From Entomortierella parvispora E1425 (Eukaryota; Fungi; Mortierellomycota), in contig BQFW01000014.1 in the NCBI GenBank assembly GCA_020891255.1, positions 2,108,001-2,172,000 on the forward strand: 64,000 bases of DNA. The letters run 5' to 3'. Position numbers and translations under genes: made by a program. The notes under the pieces are model-generated. The model worked only from the letters and a program-made list of their open reading frames with translations. It searched no databases and was not told where the DNA came from. Of the stretch, positions 1 to 11,215 are shown one piece after another. Numbering within the stretch: the stretch's first letter is position 1; every line of letters begins with the position of its first letter.

Positions 1-71
1 CGCTCCATGTTGGCGAGAGTCCAAGTCGCGCCGACCCTGAAAAACAAAACCAACTGCTCAAGAAGAAACGC

Positions 72-1838
72 TTGTCTGCGGGTTCCATGGGACTCTCTGT
101 CCCTATTGGCGCCTTTCTGTCCCAAACCTTCCGCCCAAAACATCAACAGAAAGAACAGCAGCAGCATCATCATCATCATCAGCAGCAGGAACAACAACAA
201 CAACAACAACAACAGAAAACCCGGTCGACAGATCCACCGCAGCGCAAGAAACGGAGGAACCTTCTCCCAAAGCTTCCCAGGCTCGATACCAGGCCCAAAA
301 TCATTGTTTCTGCAGAAACCACAACTGCCAGCACTACTTTCCCGTCAGGAGGTCCTATCCGCAAAAGATTCGCAAAGGCCACAGCCAAGAAAACCAAGGA
401 GTCACAGGAAATAGAGATTGTCGCTTCGCCGGAGCAACGTGACATTGAGGAGAGTACGACTCCTGGAACAGACGAGGAAGGAGGTGTACTTGCTGCCAAC
501 CCAGCTTCTGTGGATTTGCTTTCACCATTCTATCTTTTGTCTCAGTTCCGTCCTGGCTCTTCTATTGACTTACGGAAGCAGCTTAAAGTCACCCCGGACA
601 GCCAGCAGTCACCGCCGTCACCTACAGAACCTCTGGAAGAAGAGTTCCGAGACTGGAGTCGATTTAGTCAGGTCTATTACGACGACCGATGGGACCGAGC
701 TTCTGTTCGAACAGTTGATTCAGAGACAATGCGACTCTCTACAGATGACCCCAACTTTCCAGGGTACCCGGAGCGCAACGACTACTGGCAACAGCATTGC
801 AGAATCAGGGAGCGCCGTTGGAAGCAGCAGCTCCATAAACACCAGCAGCAACAACAGACAGAGGCCAGATCTCCAGCCAGTTGGGTTAACCGCGCACGTG
901 GCAACACAGAGGAGGAGACCGATTCAATTGTGGAAGAGGACGACATTAACGGTGAACTCTCAGAGAGACTTCAGGAAGCGACTCTTCTTTCACATGTAGC
1001 TACCAAGGATCGTACTGACCCAGCTCAACATCCGTTTGACTCGCCGGGGTCCAGACAGCCGATCTCAGACAATCAGAGTCGTGGTCGTCAACAGCGAGTT
1101 CGGTACACGAGCTACAGTGCCTATGCGGCGGCGATGCAGCTGAAGTCCAACAGTAGGACAGATCGCAAACAGTCAACGAACGCGTTAATTGCCGGCGTGA
1201 GTGGTGGAGACGACTCTACTGGAGCACCGACCAAACTATTACAAGATGTCAGCGTACTTCGGACCAAATCTTTGGGTCAGCCTCATGTTGGGCCGAAGAC
1301 GGATCAACCCAAAGAGGCCGCATTGAAAGATACCCGCATCGAAAATGGCGATGAGAATAGAACGGACATCAGTGCCCACCGACGACGACAAACAGATAGT
1401 GGAATCCTGTTTGTTGCTTCAGCCGCAACTACAGCCCAGGTTTACCCAGCGCTGCATCATAACCCACAGGAGCTTTTCAACAGGATTTCTGGATCGAACC
1501 TTAAGAAGGACCTTTGTAAACGTAATAATGCGATCCTTGGAGCAGGCGTGTTGAGCGAGGATGAATTGATGGTAGGATGCCTGGTGGCATCTTATTTTGA
1601 TAAAAGGGTGTTGAAGAGGGTGGAGAATGAGTACCACACCAAGTTGAAGCACAATGGAGTGGACGTAGCAGGGCAGATGAAGGAGGAGTTGATCGACGAC
1701 AAAGATGAGGACGATTTGGTGGGGAATGGGTTCATGATGCTCCAGTCGTCGTTTGGCGACCACGGATTTTATAAGAGACTGAACGCGCCTCATAAACTCT
1801 CCACTTGTAGGGTCACTCGACGCCCTCAGCGGTCGTAG
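72..1838 (+). CDS. Low-complexity Q/H/S-rich hypothetical protein; possibly the 5' part of one gene continuing into 2017..3882
   Basis: 588-aa ORF with poly-Q/H tracts and no recognised domain. The frame of the next ORF is already open from about 1801, with a candidate acceptor ttgtag at 1805-1810. Confidence 0.55.
   Translation: MSAGSMGLSVPIGAFLSQTFRPKHQQKEQQQHHHHHQQQEQQQQQQQQKTRSTDPPQRKKRRNLLPKLPRLDTRPKIIVSAETTTASTTFPSGGPIRKRFAKATAKKTKESQEIEIVASPEQRDIEESTTPGTDEEGGVLAANPASVDLLSPFYLLSQFRPGSSIDLRKQLKVTPDSQQSPPSPTEPLEEEFRDWSRFSQVYYDDRWDRASVRTVDSETMRLSTDDPNFPGYPERNDYWQQHCRIRERRWKQQLHKHQQQQQTEARSPASWVNRARGNTEEETDSIVEEDDINGELSERLQEATLLSHVATKDRTDPAQHPFDSPGSRQPISDNQSRGRQQRVRYTSYSAYAAAMQLKSNSRTDRKQSTNALIAGVSGGDDSTGAPTKLLQDVSVLRTKSLGQPHVGPKTDQPKEAALKDTRIENGDENRTDISAHRRRQTDSGILFVASAATTAQVYPALHHNPQELFNRISGSNLKKDLCKRNNAILGAGVLSEDELMVGCLVASYFDKRVLKRVENEYHTKLKHNGVDVAGQMKEELIDDKDEDDLVGNGFMMLQSSFGDHGFYKRLNAPHKLSTCRVTRRPQRS
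160..215 (+). repeat. CAG/CAT/CAA trinucleotide microsatellite encoding poly-Q/H
   Basis: Runs of cagcagcag, catcatcat and caacaacaa seen directly. Confidence 0.85.
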
Positions 1839-2016
1839 CTCCACTCCTCCGAACCCTGTATGTCCCAGTTGCACCCCATCCACCACCACCATCACCACCA
1901 CCTCCAACAGCAGCACCACCATCCCCAAGAACACCAACAACAACTACATCAGTAATAAAGCCGCCGTCGATCTCTGCCTCAGCCAACCTGGCCAATACGC
2001 TTCCCACAACCATATA

Positions 2017-3882
2017 ATGCCCTTGCACCAGTTACTGGAGCAACAGGAACAGGAGCGACAAAGACTGCAGCGACAAAAGCTAGAACGACAACATTCTGAC
2101 ACAACCCAGTCGCCGGGCCACGGCAAAAACGTTTCTAGCTCCTCGGATGACTCGACAGCAACAAGTCGGCCAAGCACTCCATCCTCCCCTCTTCTCTTTG
2201 GGTCCACCGCTAGCTCGTCTACCTCCTCTTCAATCTCGCCTACGGTACCCAAACACGGGTATTTTGAAACATTAGCCCTTCCACAAGAACAGGCAGGACA
2301 TTCAAACTCGGTAGGCGATAGAGGCAACGGTGGTTACATGCTACTCATGCTCTGCGACGGTCGGTTCCAATACTACAAGAATGGTACACGAAAGCGAGGA
2401 CCCCAGTGGGACGACGAATATGATATGGCAGGTCCAGGAGACAATGCTGCCTTCACTCATGAAACCAGCATGATACTGGAGGAGGATGAGGAGGGGAACT
2501 ATGGTGGCTATGACTACGAGCACAACGAATCACAGGCAGATAGTTCAATGGAGAAGATTGAGGGAGTAGATCAACCTTTGCATGAAACAGACGATCGGGC
2601 TGAGGACCATCTGCCCGAAGGACACGAAAAGTCCCATGAAAGCGAGCCTATCTCGGCAGTAAACAGCCCTTCCTTAAATACCGCTGAGCACTCCAATGCT
2701 CCATCAACATCGTCTGGATCCAAGTTCTTGTCCACAAATACGTCGTCCCGAAGAGCCTCGACATCCTCGTACACATCGCCTCCACCACGGTCTACTGCCA
2801 CCTCAAGCAGACTTGCTACTTTTGGTGCTGTTCGAGGAGCAAAATCTCGTCCCTCGGTTTCATACTCTGTCCCGCCGACACTGGCCTTAGTTACTACGCC
2901 TACCTCTTTGAGCTCACTTGCGTCTGCGAACGACAGCTCCACCTTAATTTCCTCAAGCTCCTCACAACATGCCCAATCTCTGCGCCACCAATGGTCTTCT
3001 GGAGCTATGACCATTCGGACCATGGCTACTCTCAGTACGGGCACCAATGCGGCTGGTACACCGACCACGGGCCTCTCTTGGTCCAATTTAGCGCAGTACC
3101 CAACCTCTGCATCAAGTTTGCTTTTGGATGCTCTCGCTAAACCCACGACGGTCGCTTTTCTTCAAAGTAAGCACCAGAGACAGAGCAATGAGACGCTTCC
3201 TCAGAGAACGCTCCCACTGTCAGTGAACGCACCCAGTGAACTGGATGATGCTGTTGCCAATAGTGACAGTAGTCAGGAATCTGAGGCCGCGGTTTTGGCG
3301 GCGACTCGATTCCCTTCGGGACTGTTATCCCTCCCAGGATCAGCAACGTCCTCTCTATCCCTTACACCTGCGCCTTCTCCAAAGGAATGGCTTAGGAGGG
3401 CTTTCCCTCGGCGACAGGGTAGTGCCAGGTCCACGCAATCATCACCTGCCTCTTCTCCTTCTCAAAGGTCGACAGTGGCCTTGATCGCCAAAACGACCAC
3501 GCTTCTCGCCGCTGCCGCTGCGACCAAAGACTTGCTGGAGACTAGGATGGCCGATGAGGAGATGGAGCAGGACCTTTGGGAGGCTGTTGAAGAAGATATC
3601 CAGGAGAACGAAGGTGTCTTGGGTGGAGAGGAAGGAGGGAAGGATGGGGCTCGATCTCGGGCTCAATTGCGACGAGCCGATCATTCTTTTTCTCTGCCGC
3701 AGGTATCGCGACCTAAGCACCAACCTCGAGCATTGTCTATGGTCGAGCTATCGATGTCCAAGCCATCTCCGACCACATCTCGACAGTCCTGCAAGGCTGA
3801 CGCTCTAACATCCACCTCCACCGTAGCTACATTGGAGTCGTCGCACGGCCTCTATCAATGGAATGAGTTCTTTGACATGTAA
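2017..3882 (+). CDS. Ser/Thr-rich low-complexity hypothetical protein (possibly exon 2 of the 72.. gene)
   Basis: 621-aa ORF followed by an AT-rich 3' region with aataa motifs; no recognised domain. Confidence 0.6.
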   Translation: MPLHQLLEQQEQERQRLQRQKLERQHSDTTQSPGHGKNVSSSSDDSTATSRPSTPSSPLLFGSTASSSTSSSISPTVPKHGYFETLALPQEQAGHSNSVGDRGNGGYMLLMLCDGRFQYYKNGTRKRGPQWDDEYDMAGPGDNAAFTHETSMILEEDEEGNYGGYDYEHNESQADSSMEKIEGVDQPLHETDDRAEDHLPEGHEKSHESEPISAVNSPSLNTAEHSNAPSTSSGSKFLSTNTSSRRASTSSYTSPPPRSTATSSRLATFGAVRGAKSRPSVSYSVPPTLALVTTPTSLSSLASANDSSTLISSSSSQHAQSLRHQWSSGAMTIRTMATLSTGTNAAGTPTTGLSWSNLAQYPTSASSLLLDALAKPTTVAFLQSKHQRQSNETLPQRTLPLSVNAPSELDDAVANSDSSQESEAAVLAATRFPSGLLSLPGSATSSLSLTPAPSPKEWLRRAFPRRQGSARSTQSSPASSPSQRSTVALIAKTTTLLAAAAATKDLLETRMADEEMEQDLWEAVEEDIQENEGVLGGEEGGKDGARSRAQLRRADHSFSLPQVSRPKHQPRALSMVELSMSKPSPTTSRQSCKADALTSTSTVATLESSHGLYQWNEFFDM

Positions 3883-4355
3883 ATAAGAAAAATATTGTTA
3901 TCAATAATAATAAAAACAGAGATCGCGTCCCAGTTCCCATCAATCACCAAGCTCAAAGTTCGCTAAATGGAAGCGTGTAATGGAAGCGTGTTGTGCAATG
4001 CACGTTATTTTATTTTCATTAAGCGTCGTATGGGTAATTGGAAATAACATGGGGGTTATTTCGGGTAGCTTGGGGATTACTGGGAACAGCGTGAGGGTTA
4101 TAAGGTATATAAGAATGGAGAGGGTAGGCAGGATTATGGGGATTACGAGTGTCGCGGTCAGGGATCTGTATCGCAGCTATTTGCTGGATTAACTCGGGCG
4201 GCTAAGGATTGACAAACGGTGATGAAAAGAGCGAGAGCGATATTTAGTAAAATCTGCCCATGCTGTGTAAACCTGTAACTTTTGTTGTCGGGCCCTATGG
4301 ATAAGAGGAGAAAGGGATCGGGTAAAAAAAAATCGACTTGCCTCATTGATAGTTT

Positions 4356-4843
4356 CTAGTTCGGATTTGAAGGAGCTGTAAGCGTACTGAGAACGTGGAG
4401 AAAGAGTCCAGCTAAAGCACAAAGAAACACGAGACCTCCTCCAATTCCACCAACAATGGCACCAATGGTGGACTTGCTATTGGATTTGCCTCCTCCACCA
4501 CCTACTACATTGCCCCCTCCACTGTTGTCTCCACTGCTCCCTCCACTGCTACCCCCACCACTGATAGGGGTAGGAGTTACATAGGGGGAAGGAAATGGAA
4601 ATGGCTTGGTAACTGGATAGACTCTACTGACCCATAAGTTGGTTTGTAGGTCAAAAAGTCCCAGCTCCCCATACATCGATCCGGCAGCAGGATTCAAACC
4701 ACCGTACAGAAAAGCAATATTTGTTCCGGGCATAGTTGCCGCACAAGCGTAAATAAAAGGGTTTAGTGAATGAATGCATTGATGATCGCCGGCGCCAACA
4801 GGAAGGTGAGTAAGAGGACCAATATAGTCTTTGTAGAAGACAT
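4356..4843 (-). pseudogene. Relic of a secreted Kelch-like / Gly-Ser linker / single-TM receptor-like gene
   Basis: A signal-peptide-like MSSTKTILVLLLTFLLAPAIINA (ATG 4843) is out of frame with FLYGG...GLFDLQTNLWVS, a Gly/Ser linker and the TM segment STIGAIVGGIGGGLVFLCALAGLF. Only about one Kelch-like blade remains. Confidence 0.55.
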
Positions 4844-5060
4844 GAATATGAGATGTGAAGGCCGAGGAAACGTCAGAACAAAGAGGGAATAGAAAAGAGA
4901 TCTGGAAAAGACAAAGGAAAAAAGTGAAAGAACAAAGGAGGGGGACGATCGACGCCTGGCAAAAAAAACAAAGGCAAAGCAGTTGCGGTGCCACACGCCA
5001 GAGCTAAGCTTAAGCTTAAGGCCCGACCTCAAAAGTGTAAACACAGAGTGGCAAAAGAAG

Positions 5061-5132
5061 CTCCTCGACCGGGAATTGAACCCGGGTCTTCCGCGTGACA
5101 GGCGGAGATACTCACCACTATACTATCGGGGA
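5061..5132 (-). tRNA. tRNA-Asp (anticodon GTC), intronless
   Basis: Reverse complement TCCCCGATAGTATAGTGGTGAGTATCTCCGCCTGTCACGCGGAAGACCCGGGTTCAATTCCCGGTCGAGGAG. Anticodon arm TCCGC-CTGTCAC-GCGGA, T-loop GTTCAATTC, discriminator G. One C:A mismatch in the acceptor stem. Confidence 0.95.
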
Positions 5133-5342
5133 TGTTCAGATATCGACTCAAGTTTTAGATCTTTTTTCACTCCGCTCATCGGAAATTGGTGGCGTCAAAA
5201 TCTGGTGGCAAATGGTGGCAAATTTTATTAAGGGTTTAATTGAGTGCCTTCATCTGCGCGTTAAAGTCTGTGCTTCGTTTTTTTTTTCTTCCTTGCTTTC
5301 CTTCCCACCCACTCAGATTCATCGTTCTTTCATTCATTGACA

Positions 5343-7340
5343 ATGGTTAAAATCACGCTGGAGTGCCTCCTCGAGGGCGACAATTACAACCAGTCCTTCC
5401 CCATGAGCTTCGAAAGCACCAATCAAAACATCACTATGGTAAAACCTCTCTAAATGCATTTGTGTAAATGATATCCCGTGCCAAGTCTAACGATTTTTTT
5501 TTTTTTTTCAAGGCTGGAAGGAATATGAGGCATCTGATAAAAAAGTCGTCTCCCTACCTTCGTTGTGGATCGACATTCTGAGTAGCACCGAGTTTGTACC
5601 CGCACCGCGATGGAAATTCAGTCACCTAAAAAACGACCTTCAGGTGGGCCAGTCCATCGAAATCCCCAGCCTGGGTCAAATCCCAAAGGACTTTGGATTG
5701 CACGGTAATGGCCAAAGTTTTTTCGTCACTAAGCAAATGCTCAAACTGTGGAATGAAATGTATGTGGACCAACTATATACGTACGGTCGAGTCCTGTTTG
5801 GTCCAACGGGTGTGGGCAAGTCATACTTGTCCTACTTTCTCGCAGCAAAGGCGTATGCTGAGGGATGGCTCGTACTCTACATTTCTGATGCAGGAGTCCT
5901 GTGTAACAAACGTCCGGAGGAGTCTGCCCTGGAGGTTTTTCGGCAATCAATAAGGATATTTTGACTGGCGCTGAGCTGCAGGCGCTTCAAAATGATTACG
6001 CTGGCGTGCAGAATAGTTTATCGCAGGCTGTTTCTAGAATCTTTGGCAAACTGCTCATGTCAAGGAATCGAAAGACTCTACTGCTCGTTGACGAACATGG
6101 AAAGCTGTTTGAAAAAAAACCTTATGTTACACACGAGTTCTTGTTCTTAAGCCATCTTTCTTCTTGGAGCCGCTGGGGAGAGGACACCAGAGGATCTAGG
6201 GTGATTTTCACTGGAACGTCACACGCTAATTACAACATGACCGCGCAAATGAGTCGATGGAAGAGAGTCTCTTGAAACTCATCCTCGGTGAGATTGCCAC
6301 TACAAATACGAGCCCTGACATCCTTTGCGAGGGGAGCTGTCTTCAGCAAGTTCAGTAGAGCCTTTTGAGCAGGGCGGCACAAAACGATGCAATGCCCGTA
6401 GATATCCCTGCCTTGATAAGTAAGCCCTAGATCCATGAACCCAGAACTGAACCTGTGTATGCCTTTGCGGCCAAGGAACATTTGGCAGAGGCCCTTGCAG
6501 AATAGTGCCTTGCTATAAAAATAACTGGCATCTAGACCCTCGTAGTACTTTGTCACGGTTGGGACCAATTCTTGGCTTCGCTTTTGCACCCACTCTTGGA
6601 GACTGCCCATAGAAATCGGATCGGGCGAGCTTGCAACGAAGGCACCGAGGTGCCCAAGCTCCCTTGGAGTGCAGTTTGTGATTTCTATCACTATTTCCTT
6701 GGTGGCCTTTGCGGCTAGGCGAGGGTATGTGTCCACTAACTTGGAGAAGACCTCTCTTGACAAGGGACCCACAAAAAGCAACGATCTTTGACGATAAACT
6801 TCATCCATGGTCAGACCAACTGTGTTAAATGCCACGGATCTCAACAACCAGAATCCTTCGACTGTGACACTGGATTTCGAGGACTATGATGTCCTCAAAG
6901 CAGGCAAGACTTCTCTTGGACGAGATCATGAAAAGGTCCTATGTCATGACAGTGCAAGACAACCGGTATTCGACTATATGCTTGGGAAGATGTTTATCCA
7001 GGTCTCTGTCAGCACCTTTGACCAACGCAATAAGGATTCTGCCAGTATCGAGAGGGCATTTCAAAAGGGATTCAACAATGACCCCAAGAATCGAAACCAG
7101 ATTGAGTGCTACTTGGATGAGACGTACGGCCCAACACATACTGCGGAAATAAGCAATACTGGCCACTTTGAAGTGAGAAGGAATGGTATTGCTGTGACCG
7201 GATTTCGTATAATCTACATTCATGGTACACCTGGGAGACCATCATACTGGAAGGTGGTCAAGGCACTCCGAGATGTTGCATTCATCAGCTACGAAGAAAT
7301 CAAGGAGAAACTCCTCCTGGGCAAGTGCCTTTCCGACTAA
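5343..7340 (+). pseudogene. Crinkler (CRN)-family P-loop NTPase/nuclease-like gene, disrupted by a frameshift (~5940) and an internal inversion (6243-6808)
   Basis: CRN-like header MVKITLECLLEGD; Walker A GPTGVGKS; Walker B LLLVDEHG; C-terminal FDYMLGKMFIQVSVS. The middle of the protein reads on the minus strand. Confidence 0.8.
6243..6808 (-). other. 566-bp inverted internal segment of the CRN gene bounded by 5-bp inverted repeats TGACC (6238-6242) / GGTCA (6809-6813)
   Basis: Re-inverting gives ...NYNMT-MDEVYRQRSLLFVGPL...FHRLICA-VRPTVLNATDL..., in frame at both junctions. Confidence 0.85.
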
Positions 7341-7861
7341 AGTCATTAGTCGCACCATTTCAAAGTACGATCGACCAAGGGATGCTCGTACCAACTTCAA
7401 AGCCTCCAGCTCCAACCGAACTGTTTACGTCGTAGTTATCGCCTGCCGTTTGCAGGCCATCATACAAAATAAATTTCGTACCTCTGAGAGTTCTTTGCAA
7501 GAAAGAAATTGTAGGTTGTAGCTGTCACTAGGGTGCGCTATCATCAGAAGACAAAGGGTTCTTTCCGAAGCAATGCTTGCACCTTGGAGGCCTGCCAGTC
7601 AGCAGAAGACTGCATACAAAAAGAGCGCACAGCGATTATCCTCTGGATCAAGATCGCGACAAGACTCAAAATCACACTCAAATTTCCACAGTCACGGGGC
7701 GCGGGCGATCATCTCTTTTAAGCAAGGAAGGTCCGAGCTTCCGGACTCTTCTTCCCCACCCTTCTTTCCTCTCCTCTCATCTCCTCAACTCTTCCCCCTC
7801 GTCAGAACAAGACTGAAGACCGACCCAGGGCGACGACTCTTTTCTACTTTTTCTGCACAGC

Positions 7862-10800
7862 ATGTCCTTCCTTAAGGTACCTGAATCAGATACGGCTCTT
7901 CTCACTCTACGACCGTTTCCAGTCCTAGCCGTGTTTTCTAATCGTTTACCTCTCATCTTTATCTTTACCCCAACACTACCGGGCGACAATCGACACAACA
8001 AAAAGCCATTAGCACATACATCTAGAAGATGGGCAGGTTCATCCCCCAGTGGGCTTCTGACTAGATCTCTTGCCTCCACGGCATCCACAGTACCCACCAA
8101 GAACTGCACCAGGATCACACCCCCATACGCAAAGTTGGTTTCAAATCTGGAGAAGGTCAAGCGGGTTCTTGATCACCGGCCCCTGACCCTCTCTGAGAAG
8201 ATCCTCTACTCCCATCTTACAGAGCCAGAGGAGGTCAAGCCCGTGCGAGGTCAGACCTATCTGAAGCTGTCGCCAGGTAACTTTTTTTTTTTGATTTTTT
8301 GATTCTGTGACTCTTTTTTTTTCTGGAGGATATATCGCGTTTGTGCAGAAAGAGAGCCAGATCGCTTTTTTGGGTCCAATCACATCGGATCCATCTCGAT
8401 ATGATTAGGAGACAGCACTGATTTGTATCTGTCCACTCATCTCTTCATCTTTTTGTGCCATGTTGCTTCGTCGATAGATCGTGTTGCTATGCAAGGTAAG
8501 AAACTGGAGCAGAGGGGCGAATAGGGGGGTCGACCCTCTTGATTTCTTGCACATTCCTTTGATTGCCTGACCTGACTCTTAACGAACTCTTACACTATGA
8601 AAAACAAACCAATTAGATGCATCTGCACAGATGGCTATTTTGCAGTTCATGCTCGCAGGTATGCCCACGACCGCTGTTCCAACCTCCATCCACTGTGATC
8701 ATTTGATTGTGGGCCACAAAGGAGCAGATCAGGATCTGGTCAACTCGATCGAGAACAACAAAGAGATCTTCAACTTTTTGCAGAGCGCAGCAGAGAAATA
8801 CGGCATGTCCTTCTGGAAGCCAGGCAGTGGTATCATCCATCAGATCGTGCTCGAAAACTACGCTGCCCCTGGTCTGTTGATGCTCGGTACAGACAGTCAT
8901 ACACCCAACGCTGGCGGCTTGGGATCCATCGCCATCGGTGTCGGTGGCGCCGATGCTGTCGATGCCATGGCCAACATCCCATGGGAATTGAAGGCTCCAG
9001 AGGTCATTGGAATCAAGTTGACCGGAAAGTTGAATGGTTGGACCTCGCCAAAGGATGTTATCCTCCATATTGCCGGAAAGCTCACTGTTCGCGTAAGTAT
9101 AGGAAGGTTGTGGCCTTATGTGCCCCAAGTGAAGTAGCGCTGATTCCTGTGTACTCATTCTCCCATTCTTTTTGTGGTCACGATATAGGGTGGTACCGGT
9201 CACATTATTGAGTACTTTGGACCTGGAATCGAGACGCTCTCTTGCACAGGTATGGGCACTATCTGCAACATGGGAGCTGAGGTTGGAGCTACAACCTCGC
9301 TGTTCCCTTTTGTTCCCAGCATGGCTTCATACCTTCACGCAACCGGCCGAGGACCTGTCGCAGAGGCTGCTCGCCAACATGCTCAGTTTTTGCAAGCGGA
9401 TGCAGGCGCAGTCTACGACAAGGTCATTGAGGTGAACCTGTCTACGCTGGAGCCTCATATCAACGGACCTTTCACACCTGATCTCGCAACACCCCTTTCC
9501 AAGTTTGCCGACGTGGTTCGCCAGAACGGTTGGAAGGATGAGGTCAAGGTTGGATTGATCGGAAGCTGTACTAACAGCAGTTACGAGGATATGGACAGAG
9601 TCACTAGTTTGGCCAAGCAGGCGGTTGAGAAGGGCATCAAGTCCAAGGCTGGATTCTTCATTACCCCTGGCTCAGAGCAAATCAGGGCCACCATTGAACG
9701 CGATGGACAGACTGGCGTTCTGGAGCAGGTTGGAGGTGTTGTCCTTGCAAATGCATGCGGGCCATGTATTGGACAGGTAAGCGGCGTGGTTTCCACTGTC
9801 CTCCCATTGGCAGTAAAGCATCCCTGAAAGCTGGCTCTAAGTTTTTCTTGTTCTTTAACTTCAACAGTGGACTCGCGACGACTTGAACGAGAAGGAGGAG
9901 AATGCCATCTTGACTTCATTCAACAGAAACTTCAAAAACCGCAATGACGGCAACGCCACCACCATGAACTTTTTGACTTCACCAGAGGTAATTGGACTCT
10001 CTTTATTTTTTTATTTCTGTTGTTGTTGGTCTCCCAACTATGAGCTGACATTGACACCCCCCATTTACCCTTCCTGTCAAAAATTAGTTGGTAACGGCCA
10101 TGTCCCTTTCAGGAAAGCTCACTTTCAACCCAATGACAGATCCTCTGGTGGATGCTTCCGGAAACGAGTTTATGCTGCAGCCCCCTTATGGCGACAATCT
10201 CCCTCTCAATGGATTCATTCCAGGAAACTTGAGTTATACACCTCCCGATGTCAGCGAGCCTAATGGAGCTATTGAAATCAATGTCGATCCAAAGTCAAGT
10301 CGACTCCAGGTCTTGGAGCCCTTTGGACCAGGACCTGAGGGAGAGTTTGAGGATCTTCAGGTGATGCTCAAGGTCAAGGGCAAGTGCACAACCGATCATA
10401 TCAGTGCTGCAGGTCCTTGGTTGAAGTACAAAGGTCATCTGGAGAACATTGCCCACAATACTTTGAATGGTGCCTTGAACGCCGACAATGAGAAGGTCAA
10501 CGTTGTCCAGAACGTCTTTACTGGCAAAGAAGGCGCCATCCATGAGGTTGGACGCGATTACCAAAAGCTTGGAAAGCCATGGATCGTCGTTACTGATGTA
10601 GGTTGAAGTTACAGCAACCCCCAGGCCGCCCTTTTTTCATCATCTGTTATTGACATCTCTTCATCTCTTCATCTCTCCATCTCTTTTTATTATTTTCAGC
10701 ACAACTATGGTGAGGGATCAGCTCGCGAGCATGCCGCTCTTCAGATGCGTTATCTTGGTTGCCCTCTTATCCTGGCCCGCTCCTTTGCTCGTATTCATCA

Positions 10801-11080
10801 GACAAACTTGAAGAAGCAGGGAGTCTTGCCCTTGACGTTTGCAGACCCAGCCGATTGGGACCGGATGCACGGCGGTGATGTGATCGAGTCCACAGTCGGA
10901 GTGGCGGATCTGGTCGCTGGCCGCCCAGGCAAGAACGATACTCCAGAGGGAGGTGAGATCACGCTGAAGGTCCGTCGACCCAACGGTGAGCGGTATGAAA
11001 TCAAGGCCCTCCACACCATGAGCAAAGATCAGGTCGAGTGGTTCAAGAAAGGAAGCGCCTTGAATGCAGCACGCGGATAG
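7862..11080 (+). CDS. ACO2: Mitochondrial aconitase family, ACO2-type (homocitrate dehydratase-like), multi-exon
   Basis: [108 protein letters not shown]. These resemble yeast Aco2 more than Aco1. The exact 5' exon is uncertain. Confidence 0.85.
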
Positions 11081-11215
11081 AATAAGAATAAATGAAAACA
11101 AGCATCTGCATGGTCAAAAAAGAAGACTGTTGATTTTATGATAAAATTACATGGTGATATGAGAAGGAGAAGGAGAATGAGAGAGAAAAAGAGAGAGAGG
11201 GACAGTATTACGGAT

